Below are positions 35,544 through 44,528 of a DNA stretch of 64,000 nt, one piece after another (position 1 is the stretch's first letter; each line of letters opens with the position of its first letter). Under the pieces are notes generated by a model. It was not told where the DNA came from and searched no databases. It saw only the letters and a program-made list of their open reading frames with translations. The position numbers and the translations under genes were made by a program. Source of the DNA: a virus; the IMG/VR virus record IMGVR_UViG_3300044611_002115, positions 13,540-77,539 of that record. The stretch is one strand, 5' to 3'.

Positions 35544-38381
35544 ATGAACATTGACGAGCTTGAGACGGAGAACTTGAACGTGGGGGGAAACCCCGACGCG
35601 CAGATTGCAGTCGTGTGCGACAGCCCATCACAGAACGTGTGGGCGGCGGGGAACGTGATGAGCACGCACGCCATGAACGTGTTTGGGCAGCAGGCGAAGG
35701 ACTGCGGCATGACTAAGGACGACTTCTTTTTCGTCACGTGCTCCCCGCCCATCCCAGAGGAGCATGCGGTGAGCGAGGGGCGCGTGAGCAAGTTCGTGCA
35801 GCCTTACGGGGAGGAGCTGATGCGCACGCTGCAACAGTTGCAGCACTGCAAGCTGGTGATCTACTTGGGCAAGACAGCGGGGCGGCAGGTGCACGGGCGC
35901 AGCATTAAGATCAACTCGCTGCGCGGGCGCTTCCAAAACCTACCCATCAACGGGAGGCAGGTTCCCGTGCTGCCCATGCTAAGCCCCGCCAACGTGCTGC
36001 GCAGGCCGGAAGTGGCGAGCATATTCAACGCGGACTTCCACCAAATCACAGCGTTCCGCGAGGCGGGCTGGAACGTCAAGCGCTACGAAGCGGCGCGGGT
36101 GACGACAAAGTATCAGTGGGTCACAGACCTTAGCGCCATCCTCGCCAACCCTCCCAAGGCGCTCGCGCTGGATACGGAGACGCGTGGCTTGTGGGGAAAG
36201 CCCCTGCTGGCAACAATGAGTTGGGGCAAGGGGCACGGCATCTGCATCCCCTTAGATCACACCTATTACACGGACATGACGGAGGCGGACGAGCGCAAGC
36301 TGCACGCGCAACTCCGCAATCTGCTCGCCAACCCGCGCGTGGCGGTGGCGGGGCACAACTTAGGGTTCGACGTGGCGGCGCTGCGGCGCATTAACATTGA
36401 GGTGGCGAACTGGTATTGCGACACCATGCAGCTTGCCTTCGCGGCGGACGACAACATGCTGAGCAAGTCGCTCGCGGATTGCGTGAAGCGCTGGGTGCCG
36501 GAGCTTGCGGGCTACAGCGACAGCTTCGACGCCACAGTGGACAAGGAGCACATGGAGCTGGTGCCGCTGGAAAAGATGCTGCCCTATGCGGCGGGCGACG
36601 CGGAGGCCACGTTCCTGCTTGCGCAGCGCCTAGTGAAGCTGGTGAAGGAGGACAGCAGGCAATGGACTTGCTTCGTCAAAGTGCAGATGCCCGTGCTGCG
36701 GATGTTTGTGGGGATGAAGGAGCAGGGGATACTCATTAACCAAGAGGCGCTGCGCACGCTGGAGGAGGAGATGGCGGTGAGCGAGCGGGAGCTATACCGC
36801 AAGCTCATCCGGCGCGTGCCAGCGGAGGTGAAGCGCAAGCACATTGACAAGGGGCTGGCGTTTAGCAGGGACGAGTTCGTGCGCGACATCCTGTTCAGCA
36901 AGGAGGGCTTCGGCCTAACTCCCGTCGTGTTCACTAAGACCACGAGCATGCTAAAGGGTGCGGCGCGCATACCCAGCACGAGCGCGAAGGATCACCTGCC
37001 GTTTTTTGCAGAGGACAACAGCTTCGTCGTGGACTTGATCCAATACCAGAAGCTCGCCAAGATGCGCAGCACCTACGTCGGCAGGGAAAGCAAGCGGGTG
37101 GTGACGCGGGTGGTGATGAAGAAGGATGGGACGATGCCAGCGGCGCTGGGGAAGAAGCTGGAGCGCGCGGGGGTGGAGCTGGACTTAGCGACACGCTCCG
37201 CGCTGGTGCAGGGGGTGCGGGCACGCACGCGCAGGCGGGTGCTGGAGTTTGACGACAGGCAGCTCAACGTGGCGCTGAGCGTGCCTATCGGGGAGGGTGC
37301 GGACAACTTGCTGGTGACTGACCGCGACCAACTGTTCCTGTCCCAATACAGCGAGCCGACGGGGTTCTGGCAGCACATCATGGAGGACGGGCGCATCCAT
37401 CCCAGCTTCCACCTTCACCGCGTAGTCACGGGGCGCAGCAGCAGCAGCGATCCGAATGCGCAGAACTTTCCCAAGCGCGGCGCGCTCGCCAAGCAGTATC
37501 GCAAAATCTTCATCCCCTCGGACGGATACAAAATTATTGAGGCCGACCTTAGCCAAGCGGAGCTGCGCATTGCGGCGTGGATGGCAGGGGAGACGACCAT
37601 GCTGCGCATCTACCGCGAGGGCGGGGACATTCACGCAGCAACAGCGGCGGCGATTCTCGGCATCACAATGGAGCGCTTCTCCGCACTCAAGGGCAGCAAG
37701 GAGGAGGTGCCCGCGAAGTATAAGGTGGGCGGGTTTGATGGAAAGACGTGGGGCGAGTATTATGACTTCAAGCGCTTCCAAGCAAAGGCGGTCAACTTCG
37801 GGTTCCTCTACGGCATGGGGTGGAAGACGTTCCGCGTGTATGCGAAAACGGACTACGGCCTCAACTTGAGCGAGGAGCAGTCCATCGCCATGCGCCGCGC
37901 GTTCTTCGCCCTCTACCCCCGCCTCGAAGCGTGGCACAAGAGCATGAGGGCATTCGTGCAGCTTCACGGCTACGTGCGGGGGCTTCACGGCGCGCTGCGC
38001 AGGCTCCCCAGCATCGACAGCGACGACGAGGGCGTGCGGGGCGACTGCGAGCGGCAGGCAATCAACAGCCCCGTGCAGCGCTTCGCGTCCGACTTGGGGC
38101 TGATTGGCATGTTCCGCTTCTGCGAGAACGCGCCCCGCGACGTTGTGCGCCCGCTCGCCTTCATTCACGACGCGGCAGTGCTGGAGGCGCGGGAGGACTG
38201 CGTGCGGGAGTGCGCAGGGGGAATCAAGTGGGCGATGCAGACGCCCCCGCTGGAGGAGTGGTTCGGCATCAAGTCTCCCATCCCCATCCTTGCGGACGTT
38301 TCCGTGGGGACTTCGCTGGGGGCGACGGAGGAGCTGGACGTGGCAGCAGCCGCGCCAAGCTGGATCAAAATTCAGTGTTGA
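35544..38381 (+). CDS. polA: Family A DNA polymerase with N-terminal UDG-like domain and 3'-5' exonuclease
   Basis: LDTET (ExoI), HNLGFD, YAAGDA, TGRSSSSDPNAQN, DLSQAELR (motif A), AKAVNFGFLYG (motif B), NSPVQ, IHDA (motif C). Confidence 0.95.
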   Translation: MNIDELETENLNVGGNPDAQIAVVCDSPSQNVWAAGNVMSTHAMNVFGQQAKDCGMTKDDFFFVTCSPPIPEEHAVSEGRVSKFVQPYGEELMRTLQQLQHCKLVIYLGKTAGRQVHGRSIKINSLRGRFQNLPINGRQVPVLPMLSPANVLRRPEVASIFNADFHQITAFREAGWNVKRYEAARVTTKYQWVTDLSAILANPPKALALDTETRGLWGKPLLATMSWGKGHGICIPLDHTYYTDMTEADERKLHAQLRNLLANPRVAVAGHNLGFDVAALRRINIEVANWYCDTMQLAFAADDNMLSKSLADCVKRWVPELAGYSDSFDATVDKEHMELVPLEKMLPYAAGDAEATFLLAQRLVKLVKEDSRQWTCFVKVQMPVLRMFVGMKEQGILINQEALRTLEEEMAVSERELYRKLIRRVPAEVKRKHIDKGLAFSRDEFVRDILFSKEGFGLTPVVFTKTTSMLKGAARIPSTSAKDHLPFFAEDNSFVVDLIQYQKLAKMRSTYVGRESKRVVTRVVMKKDGTMPAALGKKLERAGVELDLATRSALVQGVRARTRRRVLEFDDRQLNVALSVPIGEGADNLLVTDRDQLFLSQYSEPTGFWQHIMEDGRIHPSFHLHRVVTGRSSSSDPNAQNFPKRGALAKQYRKIFIPSDGYKIIEADLSQAELRIAAWMAGETTMLRIYREGGDIHAATAAAILGITMERFSALKGSKEEVPAKYKVGGFDGKTWGEYYDFKRFQAKAVNFGFLYGMGWKTFRVYAKTDYGLNLSEEQSIAMRRAFFALYPRLEAWHKSMRAFVQLHGYVRGLHGALRRLPSIDSDDEGVRGDCERQAINSPVQRFASDLGLIGMFRFCENAPRDVVRPLAFIHDAAVLEAREDCVRECAGGIKWAMQTPPLEEWFGIKSPIPILADVSVGTSLGATEELDVAAAAPSWIKIQC

Positions 38382-38406
38382 CAATGAATCTGCAAAACTG
38401 CATCAT
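38365..38406 (+). promoter_or_regulatory. Phage promoter overlapping the polA stop
   Basis: Duplicate of 28113-28150; the polA TGA lies inside TTGACA. Confidence 0.85.
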
Positions 38407-38461
38407 CAACCCCGTCGCAGCACAACCGCAGCGGCAACAAACCAACAACCGAAAGGACACC

Positions 38462-38902
38462 ATGCCAGCAACAAGCAAAACACCAGTCAGAACCCGCACA
38501 CGCAAAATCGACGCGCACGAGGAGGAGAGCAAGCAGCAGAAGCTCGACAAGCTCGCCATCCTGCACTTCCGCGAGAACCGCGAAATGAACGCGCACAAGC
38601 GCACGAGCGACAAGGCCCGCAAGGAGCTGCTCGGCGGGATGAAGGACGCAGGGGTCGCCGCGTTCTCCGTCACCTACGAGGAGGACGGACGCCCCGTGGC
38701 GCTCGACGCCGAAATCCTCACGCCCCAGCGGCAGACCGTGGACGTGAGCAAGCTGCGCACGCTCTGCACGGAAGCGCAGTTCCTCGCCATCGTTTCCGCC
38801 AGCGCGGAAGCCGTGACGGAAGTGCTGGGCACCTCCCTGCTCGCGCAAGTGCTCGTCAGCAAGGCGGGGACGGAGAACGTCACAGTCAAGGCCGCGAAGT
38901 AG
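38462..38902 (+). CDS. Hypothetical protein
   Basis: 146 aa, AAGGA RBS, biased codons, followed by a hairpin. Confidence 0.75.
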   Translation: MPATSKTPVRTRTRKIDAHEEESKQQKLDKLAILHFRENREMNAHKRTSDKARKELLGGMKDAGVAAFSVTYEEDGRPVALDAEILTPQRQTVDVSKLRTLCTEAQFLAIVSASAEAVTEVLGTSLLAQVLVSKAGTENVTVKAAK

Positions 38903-38957
38903 CCAACCCGCAGCGGGCAGGGTTCCATCCCCTGCTCGCTGCAACTGTTGCAACACA

Positions 38958-39533
38958 ATGATCCCCACAAACCCCGACAACTTTTCCGCCGACGATGCCC
39001 AGCGCTACTTCGGCGTCTCCCTCCCACAATTTCATGCCGTGCTCGCGCAGTGGCCGCTCATCGGCACGGACAGCATCCACGGCCCCGACCATTGGGCGCG
39101 CGTGAGCTGCAATGCGCAGCACATCCTCCAGTTCGCCTACCCCGCCTATCGCACGCAGTTGCTCCCCGCCGTCCGCCTTTTTGCGCTGCTGCACGACAGC
39201 AGGAGACAGGACGAAGGCTGGGACACAACGCACGGGGAACGCGCTGCGGAGCTTTTACGGGGCCATTCCGCGCGATTGTGCCCTCACGTGGATGCGCAGC
39301 TTGTCGAGCATGTGGCAAGCGCGTGCAGCGTGCACACTGTCCTCCAGCCGTGGCAATACGGGTTCACGCACGCACCCAAGAGGCCGGAGAGCTGGCGCGT
39401 GCTTGTGGCGTGCTGCTTGGACGCGGACAGGCTCGACCTGACGCGCTTGGGGCGCACGCCCGACCCCCGCTTTCTGTTCACCCCTTGGACACGCGACGCT
39501 GTAGCACGGGGGGTTTATGGATTTTCCGACTGA
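38958..39533 (+). CDS. HD-superfamily phosphohydrolase
   Basis: IHGPDHWARV...LLHDSRR...HGERAA...H...CLDADRLDL.R. Confidence 0.85.
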   Translation: MIPTNPDNFSADDAQRYFGVSLPQFHAVLAQWPLIGTDSIHGPDHWARVSCNAQHILQFAYPAYRTQLLPAVRLFALLHDSRRQDEGWDTTHGERAAELLRGHSARLCPHVDAQLVEHVASACSVHTVLQPWQYGFTHAPKRPESWRVLVACCLDADRLDLTRLGRTPDPRFLFTPWTRDAVARGVYGFSD

Positions 39534-39759
39534 CGCCTTTCCCCTGCTGCCCTCGCTGTGGACTGTGCAGCCTTTTGTCCGCGCGAAGGGGCGCGCCGTG
39601 TTCGTGTCCGCCCCAATGGTGTTCATCGGCCCCGCAGACCCGCACGCGGCAGAGGAGCGCGCGCATGCCGTGCTTATCAAAAACTCCGTGCAGTGCGACG
39701 GCCTAGTGCTGCGCAAGCCTCCCGCGCCGGAGCAACCCAAACCCATTATGATTCTATGA
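39517..39759 (+). CDS. Hypothetical protein
   Basis: 80 aa overlapping both neighbours. Confidence 0.5.
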   Translation: MDFPTDAFPLLPSLWTVQPFVRAKGRAVFVSAPMVFIGPADPHAAEERAHAVLIKNSVQCDGLVLRKPPAPEQPKPIMIL

Positions 39760-40775
39760 CACAGCCAGAACTTCTCAGCATACTAGACGAGGCCGCAGTG
39801 AGCGTGGTGAGCCGACGCCCAAACCACGCGGGGTGGCTTGCGTGCTTGTGCCCGCTTGCGGAGTGGCTGCACGAGCGGGGCAGGGACACCAACCCCAGTT
39901 TTTTCGTGAAGGTCAACCCCAAGGGCATATCCTCCTTCCACTGCTTCACGTGCAAGCAGCACGGGCGCACAAGCTCGCTCATGCGCCTGTTGCAGCACTA
40001 CAGGGAGGAGGACATGGACGACCTTATTATCCGCGCCGACCTAAACGACATGCGCGTGGCGCTGGGAGATTTTGAGCAGGAGGGCGAGGAGGTGCCGGAG
40101 CGGGAGGAGCTGGACATGGACGTGTTCGCCAATATGTATCCGCTCGCGTGGGAAGTGCCGGAGTGCCGCGAGTATCTCCAGCGCAGGGGAGTCACCAGCG
40201 CCGCCTCGCTCACGATGGGGCTAAAGTTTGACACCCGCGAGCAGCGCGTGCTCTTTCCCGTCATGGGGCGCAGCGGCAAGCTCTACGGGTTCAGCGGGCG
40301 CAGCATCCTGCACCCCAGCGCCTACCCCTTCCCCCGCTACAGCAAGCATCGGGACTATTCCTTCCGCAAGGAGCTGTGTCTGCTGGGAGAGCATTTGGTG
40401 CAGAAGGGGAAGCCCGTGCTGCTTGTGGAGGGGCTGTTTGCCTACGCCCACATGATAAGCATTGGCGCGCGTGGGTGGTGCAACCCCGTGGCAAGCATGG
40501 GCAGCAGCTTGAGCGACTTCCAGCGCGACCTGCTTATTGAAATCGGGGAGCCTGTTGTGCTGTGCTACGACAACGACCATGCAGGGGACGAGGGGCTGTT
40601 CGGCCCGTGGGACAGGCACGTGGGCGCGCACAAGGGCGGGGGTGCAGTGGACACGCTCAAAAAGGAGCTGCCCACGAAGCTCGCCTTATACCCGCAGGGC
40701 GTGGACGACCCCGACGACCTTACGCTGCAACAGTTGCAGCGCATGCTAAGCGTTGACCACGAGCTTTGCAGTTGA
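39756..40775 (+). CDS. DNA primase (CHC2 zinc finger and TOPRIM)
   Basis: CP..H...D.NPSF...HCFTC, YL..RG, GFSGR, VEGLF, YDNDHAG, DPDD. Confidence 0.9.
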   Translation: MTQPELLSILDEAAVSVVSRRPNHAGWLACLCPLAEWLHERGRDTNPSFFVKVNPKGISSFHCFTCKQHGRTSSLMRLLQHYREEDMDDLIIRADLNDMRVALGDFEQEGEEVPEREELDMDVFANMYPLAWEVPECREYLQRRGVTSAASLTMGLKFDTREQRVLFPVMGRSGKLYGFSGRSILHPSAYPFPRYSKHRDYSFRKELCLLGEHLVQKGKPVLLVEGLFAYAHMISIGARGWCNPVASMGSSLSDFQRDLLIEIGEPVVLCYDNDHAGDEGLFGPWDRHVGAHKGGGAVDTLKKELPTKLALYPQGVDDPDDLTLQQLQRMLSVDHELCS

Positions 40776-40799
40776 CAACTAATCTGCAACAGCTAAAGT
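40769..40799 (+). promoter_or_regulatory. Phage promoter overlapping the primase stop
   Basis: CAGTTGACAACTAATCTGCAACAGCTAAAGT. Confidence 0.82.
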
Positions 40800-40806
40800 C
40801 TTAGGC

Positions 40807-41181
40807 ATGGACACACCGGACATCACCAGCTTCGCACGCCAGCGCCTCGCGCAAGGAATGGGCGTGGAGCTGCGCATCGTGCGCCGCACGGCGTCCCTGC
40901 GCTTGCTGCTGCTGCCCAGCGCGCTCTACTCGCTGGACGCACAGCGCTCCCTCGCCATCACGTGCGAGGAATATGGACTTTATGTATGGGACGGATTGAA
41001 CCCGCTGGACGTGTTTGATCTTGTCACCGCAGGATTTCCGCTCAGTATAGCGGAAGCCGTCGCGGAGCTTATCGGGGAAATTCTTCCCGTGCGCTTCCGG
41101 CGGAAACTAAACAGCCCGCAAGGGCAACAAAAGGGCGTCAGCCCACAACTAGGAGAAACAAACCTATGCCAGAGCAAGTAA
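40807..41181 (+). CDS. Hypothetical protein
   Basis: 124-aa ORF after promoter. Confidence 0.6.
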   Translation: MDTPDITSFARQRLAQGMGVELRIVRRTASLRLLLLPSALYSLDAQRSLAITCEEYGLYVWDGLNPLDVFDLVTAGFPLSIAEAVAELIGEILPVRFRRKLNSPQGQQKGVSPQLGETNLCQSK

Positions 41182-42224
41182 GACAACGGCGCAGAGGTGC
41201 AGCAGCACCCGCAGCGCCAGCAGCAGCAACCCCCACACGCACACGCAGCGCAGCCGCAGCGACGGGCGGATGGGGACACACGGGCGCGGACATGCTGGAG
41301 ACAGCGGCACGCGCTAAGAAGGAGCAGGAGCGGAAAGCCACGGGCACGTTTGCCCCGTTTCGCTACTACTTGAAAAAGGGCGAGGAGTGCGAAATCATTA
41401 TCCTCGACGAGAGCGTGGAAAGCGGAATCGCGTTCTACGAGCACAACCTGCAAGACGGGGACGGCATCTGGAGCATCCACGAGCCGTGCATCAAAGACTT
41501 GGGCACTCCCTGCCCGATCTGCGAGCGCTACAAGGACAGCTCCTACACGCTGTTCCTCACCTGCCTCGTCCTCAAGTCGTTCACGACTAAGAAGGGCGTC
41601 GTGATCCCTCACAGCAAGATGTTGCTGCCTGTGAAGCTGGGACAGTTCGACCTGTTCCGGCAGTTGGAGAAGGCCGCTAAGGATGGCGGCGGGAGCATGC
41701 GCGGCATGTATCTCATTATGAAGCGCGGAACGGAGAGCACCTCCGCACGCATTGGCGAGCCGGTGATCCAAGAAGGGGGCAAGGTGTTCGACCTTATCTC
41801 CGAGGAGGAGCTGGACGAGGAATACGGGCACGATGCAATCGTGGGGCAGGACGGCAAGACAGTGATCCGCCCTGAGAACTTCGACATCACGCCTTATGAC
41901 TACAAGAAAATCTTCCCGCGCCCCGACGTGCAGGACATCCTCAACCGCTATGGCAGCGGCGGGGGTGCCCCTCGCGCAGCAGCAGCGGGGAGCGCAGCGG
42001 AAGTCATTGCGGAGTTTGAGGACGACGTGCCTATGGGCGACGACGCCCCTGCACCCGCAGCCGCAACACGCACGCGCCGCGCAGCCGCACCCGCGCCAGC
42101 GGAGCCGGAACCCGCAGCGCGCACACGCCGCCGCACAGCAGCAGCGCCGGAGCCGGAAGCACCCGCCCGCACCCGCCGCCGCGCAGCAGCGCCCGCAGGG
42201 GGCGAACCGTTTGGTGAGGACTAA
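41166..42224 (+). CDS. Single-stranded DNA-binding protein, gp32-like
   Basis: H...C......CPIC zinc site, acidic/low-complexity tail ending PFGED, in replication cluster. Confidence 0.7.
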   Translation: MPEQVRQRRRGAAAPAAPAAATPTRTRSAAAATGGWGHTGADMLETAARAKKEQERKATGTFAPFRYYLKKGEECEIIILDESVESGIAFYEHNLQDGDGIWSIHEPCIKDLGTPCPICERYKDSSYTLFLTCLVLKSFTTKKGVVIPHSKMLLPVKLGQFDLFRQLEKAAKDGGGSMRGMYLIMKRGTESTSARIGEPVIQEGGKVFDLISEEELDEEYGHDAIVGQDGKTVIRPENFDITPYDYKKIFPRPDVQDILNRYGSGGGAPRAAAAGSAAEVIAEFEDDVPMGDDAPAPAAATRTRRAAAPAPAEPEPAARTRRRTAAAPEPEAPARTRRRAAAPAGGEPFGED

Positions 42225-42241
42225 GCGGTAGTCACGGAAAC

Positions 42242-43660
42242 ATGAACACCCCGCACAGCACAGCAGCACAGGCGCAGGCAGACGCGCTCCTATGGATACC
42301 CTTCGGGGCGTTCACACGGACAAGCGCGGACACGCTGCGCAGGCGCTTGACTTGTGTTGTGCGGGGCTTCCGCGACGACGCGGAGGATGTGGAGATTAGG
42401 AACTACGTGCTAGACAGAGACGCGCAGCGCGTGGGAGTTCCAATCCACTTCGGGCTGCAACTGTTGCAGTCCTGCTCCCTGCGAGGGGCATACACACTTT
42501 CAAAAACATTAGGCGACGGGCGCGCCATAGCTGTCAGCAAGTTCCCAGACCCGCACCACCCAAAGGCATCCCCTAACCAAGCGGAGTTAATGTCCGCAGT
42601 GCTACAGCACGCGCGGGGCAGCATGGTGACGCTGGTGGAGTCGCCCACGGGCAGCGGCAAAACAGTGGTGGCACTTAACACCATTGGGCGCTTGCAACGC
42701 GCCGCGCTCATCATTGTCACCAACAAGGTGCTCGCCGCGCAGTGGAGGCGGGAGGCCGCGCTGCACTTGGGGCTTGCTGATGGGGACATAGGTTTAGTGG
42801 AGGGGGCGAAGTGCGAATACTTGGGCAAGGCGATTGTGGTGGCTGTGATTCACAACCTAGTTATGAAGCCGCTGCCGGAGGACTTTGTGCAGCAGTTCGG
42901 AATCGTCGTGTGGGACGAGGCGCACAGGCTGGGGGCTGTGATGTTTTCGCAGTCCCTCAAGCTCTTTCCCTGCAAGCACCGCATCGCCCTAACAGCTACG
43001 CCCACGCGCAAGGACGGGGCGGAGTGCTTGTTCCTCGACTACTTCGGCCCGCCCGCAGTGCACGGACTAAGCGACGCGCTGCCCTGCACGTGCCGAGTCG
43101 TAAACTTCGACACCTACATCAAGGACTCCACGGCTATGAGCAGCGGGGAGCTGATGAACAGGCTGGTGCATCACCCGCGCCGCAACGACGCGCTGGTGGC
43201 TATCATCCAATCGCTCTACCTAAAGGGGCGTCACGTGCTAGTGCTCTCCGACAGGGTTAAGCACCTGCAACTCCTCATGCGGCTGTGCGCTAAAGGCGCG
43301 CGCGCAATCCAAGCAGGGGACATGGGGCTGTTTTGCCGCTCCTACAAGGACGGGAAGAAAAAGAAGCAGCACAACGCCAAGCAGCTTGCGCTCGTCAGCG
43401 ACAGCGCCCGCGTGGTGTTTAGCACCTACGGCATGGGCAAGGAGGGGCTGGACATAGCACGCTTGGACGCTGGGCTGGATGCAACGCCGAGGGCAGACGG
43501 GGTGCAGGCAATAGGCCGAATCCGCAGACCGTTGCCAAACAAGCCCCGCCCCGTGTGGTTCACCATACGGGACAAGGGGGTTCCGCTGCTGTGCGCCTAC
43601 ACGGGCGCGAGGCTGAGGGAATACAGGGAAAACAATGTGGAAGTTATCGACCATGAATAA
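42242..43660 (+). CDS. Superfamily 2 DEAH helicase (UvsW/ResIII-like)
   Basis: SPTGSGKT, WDEAH, LTATP.RKDG, EGLDI, QAIGRI.R. Confidence 0.92.
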   Translation: MNTPHSTAAQAQADALLWIPFGAFTRTSADTLRRRLTCVVRGFRDDAEDVEIRNYVLDRDAQRVGVPIHFGLQLLQSCSLRGAYTLSKTLGDGRAIAVSKFPDPHHPKASPNQAELMSAVLQHARGSMVTLVESPTGSGKTVVALNTIGRLQRAALIIVTNKVLAAQWRREAALHLGLADGDIGLVEGAKCEYLGKAIVVAVIHNLVMKPLPEDFVQQFGIVVWDEAHRLGAVMFSQSLKLFPCKHRIALTATPTRKDGAECLFLDYFGPPAVHGLSDALPCTCRVVNFDTYIKDSTAMSSGELMNRLVHHPRRNDALVAIIQSLYLKGRHVLVLSDRVKHLQLLMRLCAKGARAIQAGDMGLFCRSYKDGKKKKQHNAKQLALVSDSARVVFSTYGMGKEGLDIARLDAGLDATPRADGVQAIGRIRRPLPNKPRPVWFTIRDKGVPLLCAYTGARLREYRENNVEVIDHE

Positions 43661-44147
43661 ACCAACCGAAAAAAGAGTTTACGACCCCAAGTGGCTCGCC
43701 CGCTACAATAAGCAGCGCAAGCAGCGCTATCAATCCGACCCCACCTACAGGGCGCACGTGCGGGAGGCTAACAGGCGCAGCTACAGAAACCGCGCCATTG
43801 TCAGCAACCCCGTGGTGGTTACAGCCAGCGACGTGTCCGCACACGGGCAGACGCGCCCCACGTTGACGGAGGCGGAGAGCTACTCGCCCGCGCTGTGCTT
43901 TACAGTGGAGGAGCTGGGAATGGTGCTTGGGGGCTTAGACCCGTCCACGCTCTACCGCTGGATCACGCGCAATATCCTGCCCTACCCGCAGCGGACAGCC
44001 TTAGTGCACGGGCAACCCGTGGGGGTTTACACTTTGGCACAAGTTAAGTCGGTGGCCGTAATTCTGCGTGACCACTACAGCAAAAAAGCCTACCTTAGAA
44101 AGTCGGATAGCGACACCATCACCAAACTGTTCGCGGCAGTCAAATAG
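43653..44147 (+). CDS. HTH DNA-binding protein (MerR/Xis-like)
   Basis: FTVEELG..LG..PSTLYRWI..NILP.P...YT..QV. Confidence 0.65.
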   Translation: MNKPTEKRVYDPKWLARYNKQRKQRYQSDPTYRAHVREANRRSYRNRAIVSNPVVVTASDVSAHGQTRPTLTEAESYSPALCFTVEELGMVLGGLDPSTLYRWITRNILPYPQRTALVHGQPVGVYTLAQVKSVAVILRDHYSKKAYLRKSDSDTITKLFAAVK

Positions 44148-44185
44148 CTGCAACAGTTGCAACAAAAGAAAGACACCATAACACC

Positions 44186-44527
44186 ATGAGCACTCCAACA
44201 CGAGTCAGGCAGCGCAGGGCGGTCAACGCCAAAGAGGGGCACGTCATTAAGAGCGTCGAGCACAAGATGCAAGGCAAGCTAATTGACGAGGCCGACACCA
44301 ACGAAACCTTTGTGGGCACGGACGAGGCGAACCCCGCCTACGTAGGCGTTTCGGGCAGCACCACTAAGAACCTCGGGAACTACGAGTCACTCAAAGTCTC
44401 CGTCTCCGTCAACCTCCCGTGCGCCCCAACAGCGCCCGCAGTGCGCAAGACGTTTGACGCGGCGAGCGAAATGGTCGCGGAGTTCATCAAGCTGGAAATC
44501 GACAATGCGCTGGGGGTGCAGGGATAA
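44186..44527 (+). CDS. Hypothetical protein
   Basis: T.NLGNYESLKV.V motif common in phage recombination clusters. Confidence 0.7.
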   Translation: MSTPTRVRQRRAVNAKEGHVIKSVEHKMQGKLIDEADTNETFVGTDEANPAYVGVSGSTTKNLGNYESLKVSVSVNLPCAPTAPAVRKTFDAASEMVAEFIKLEIDNALGVQG

Positions 44528-44528
44528 C

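Noticed and set aside
37083-37364. Intein in PolA
   Set aside because: No N-terminal Cys/Ser block, no His-Asn end, no LAGLIDADG motifs.
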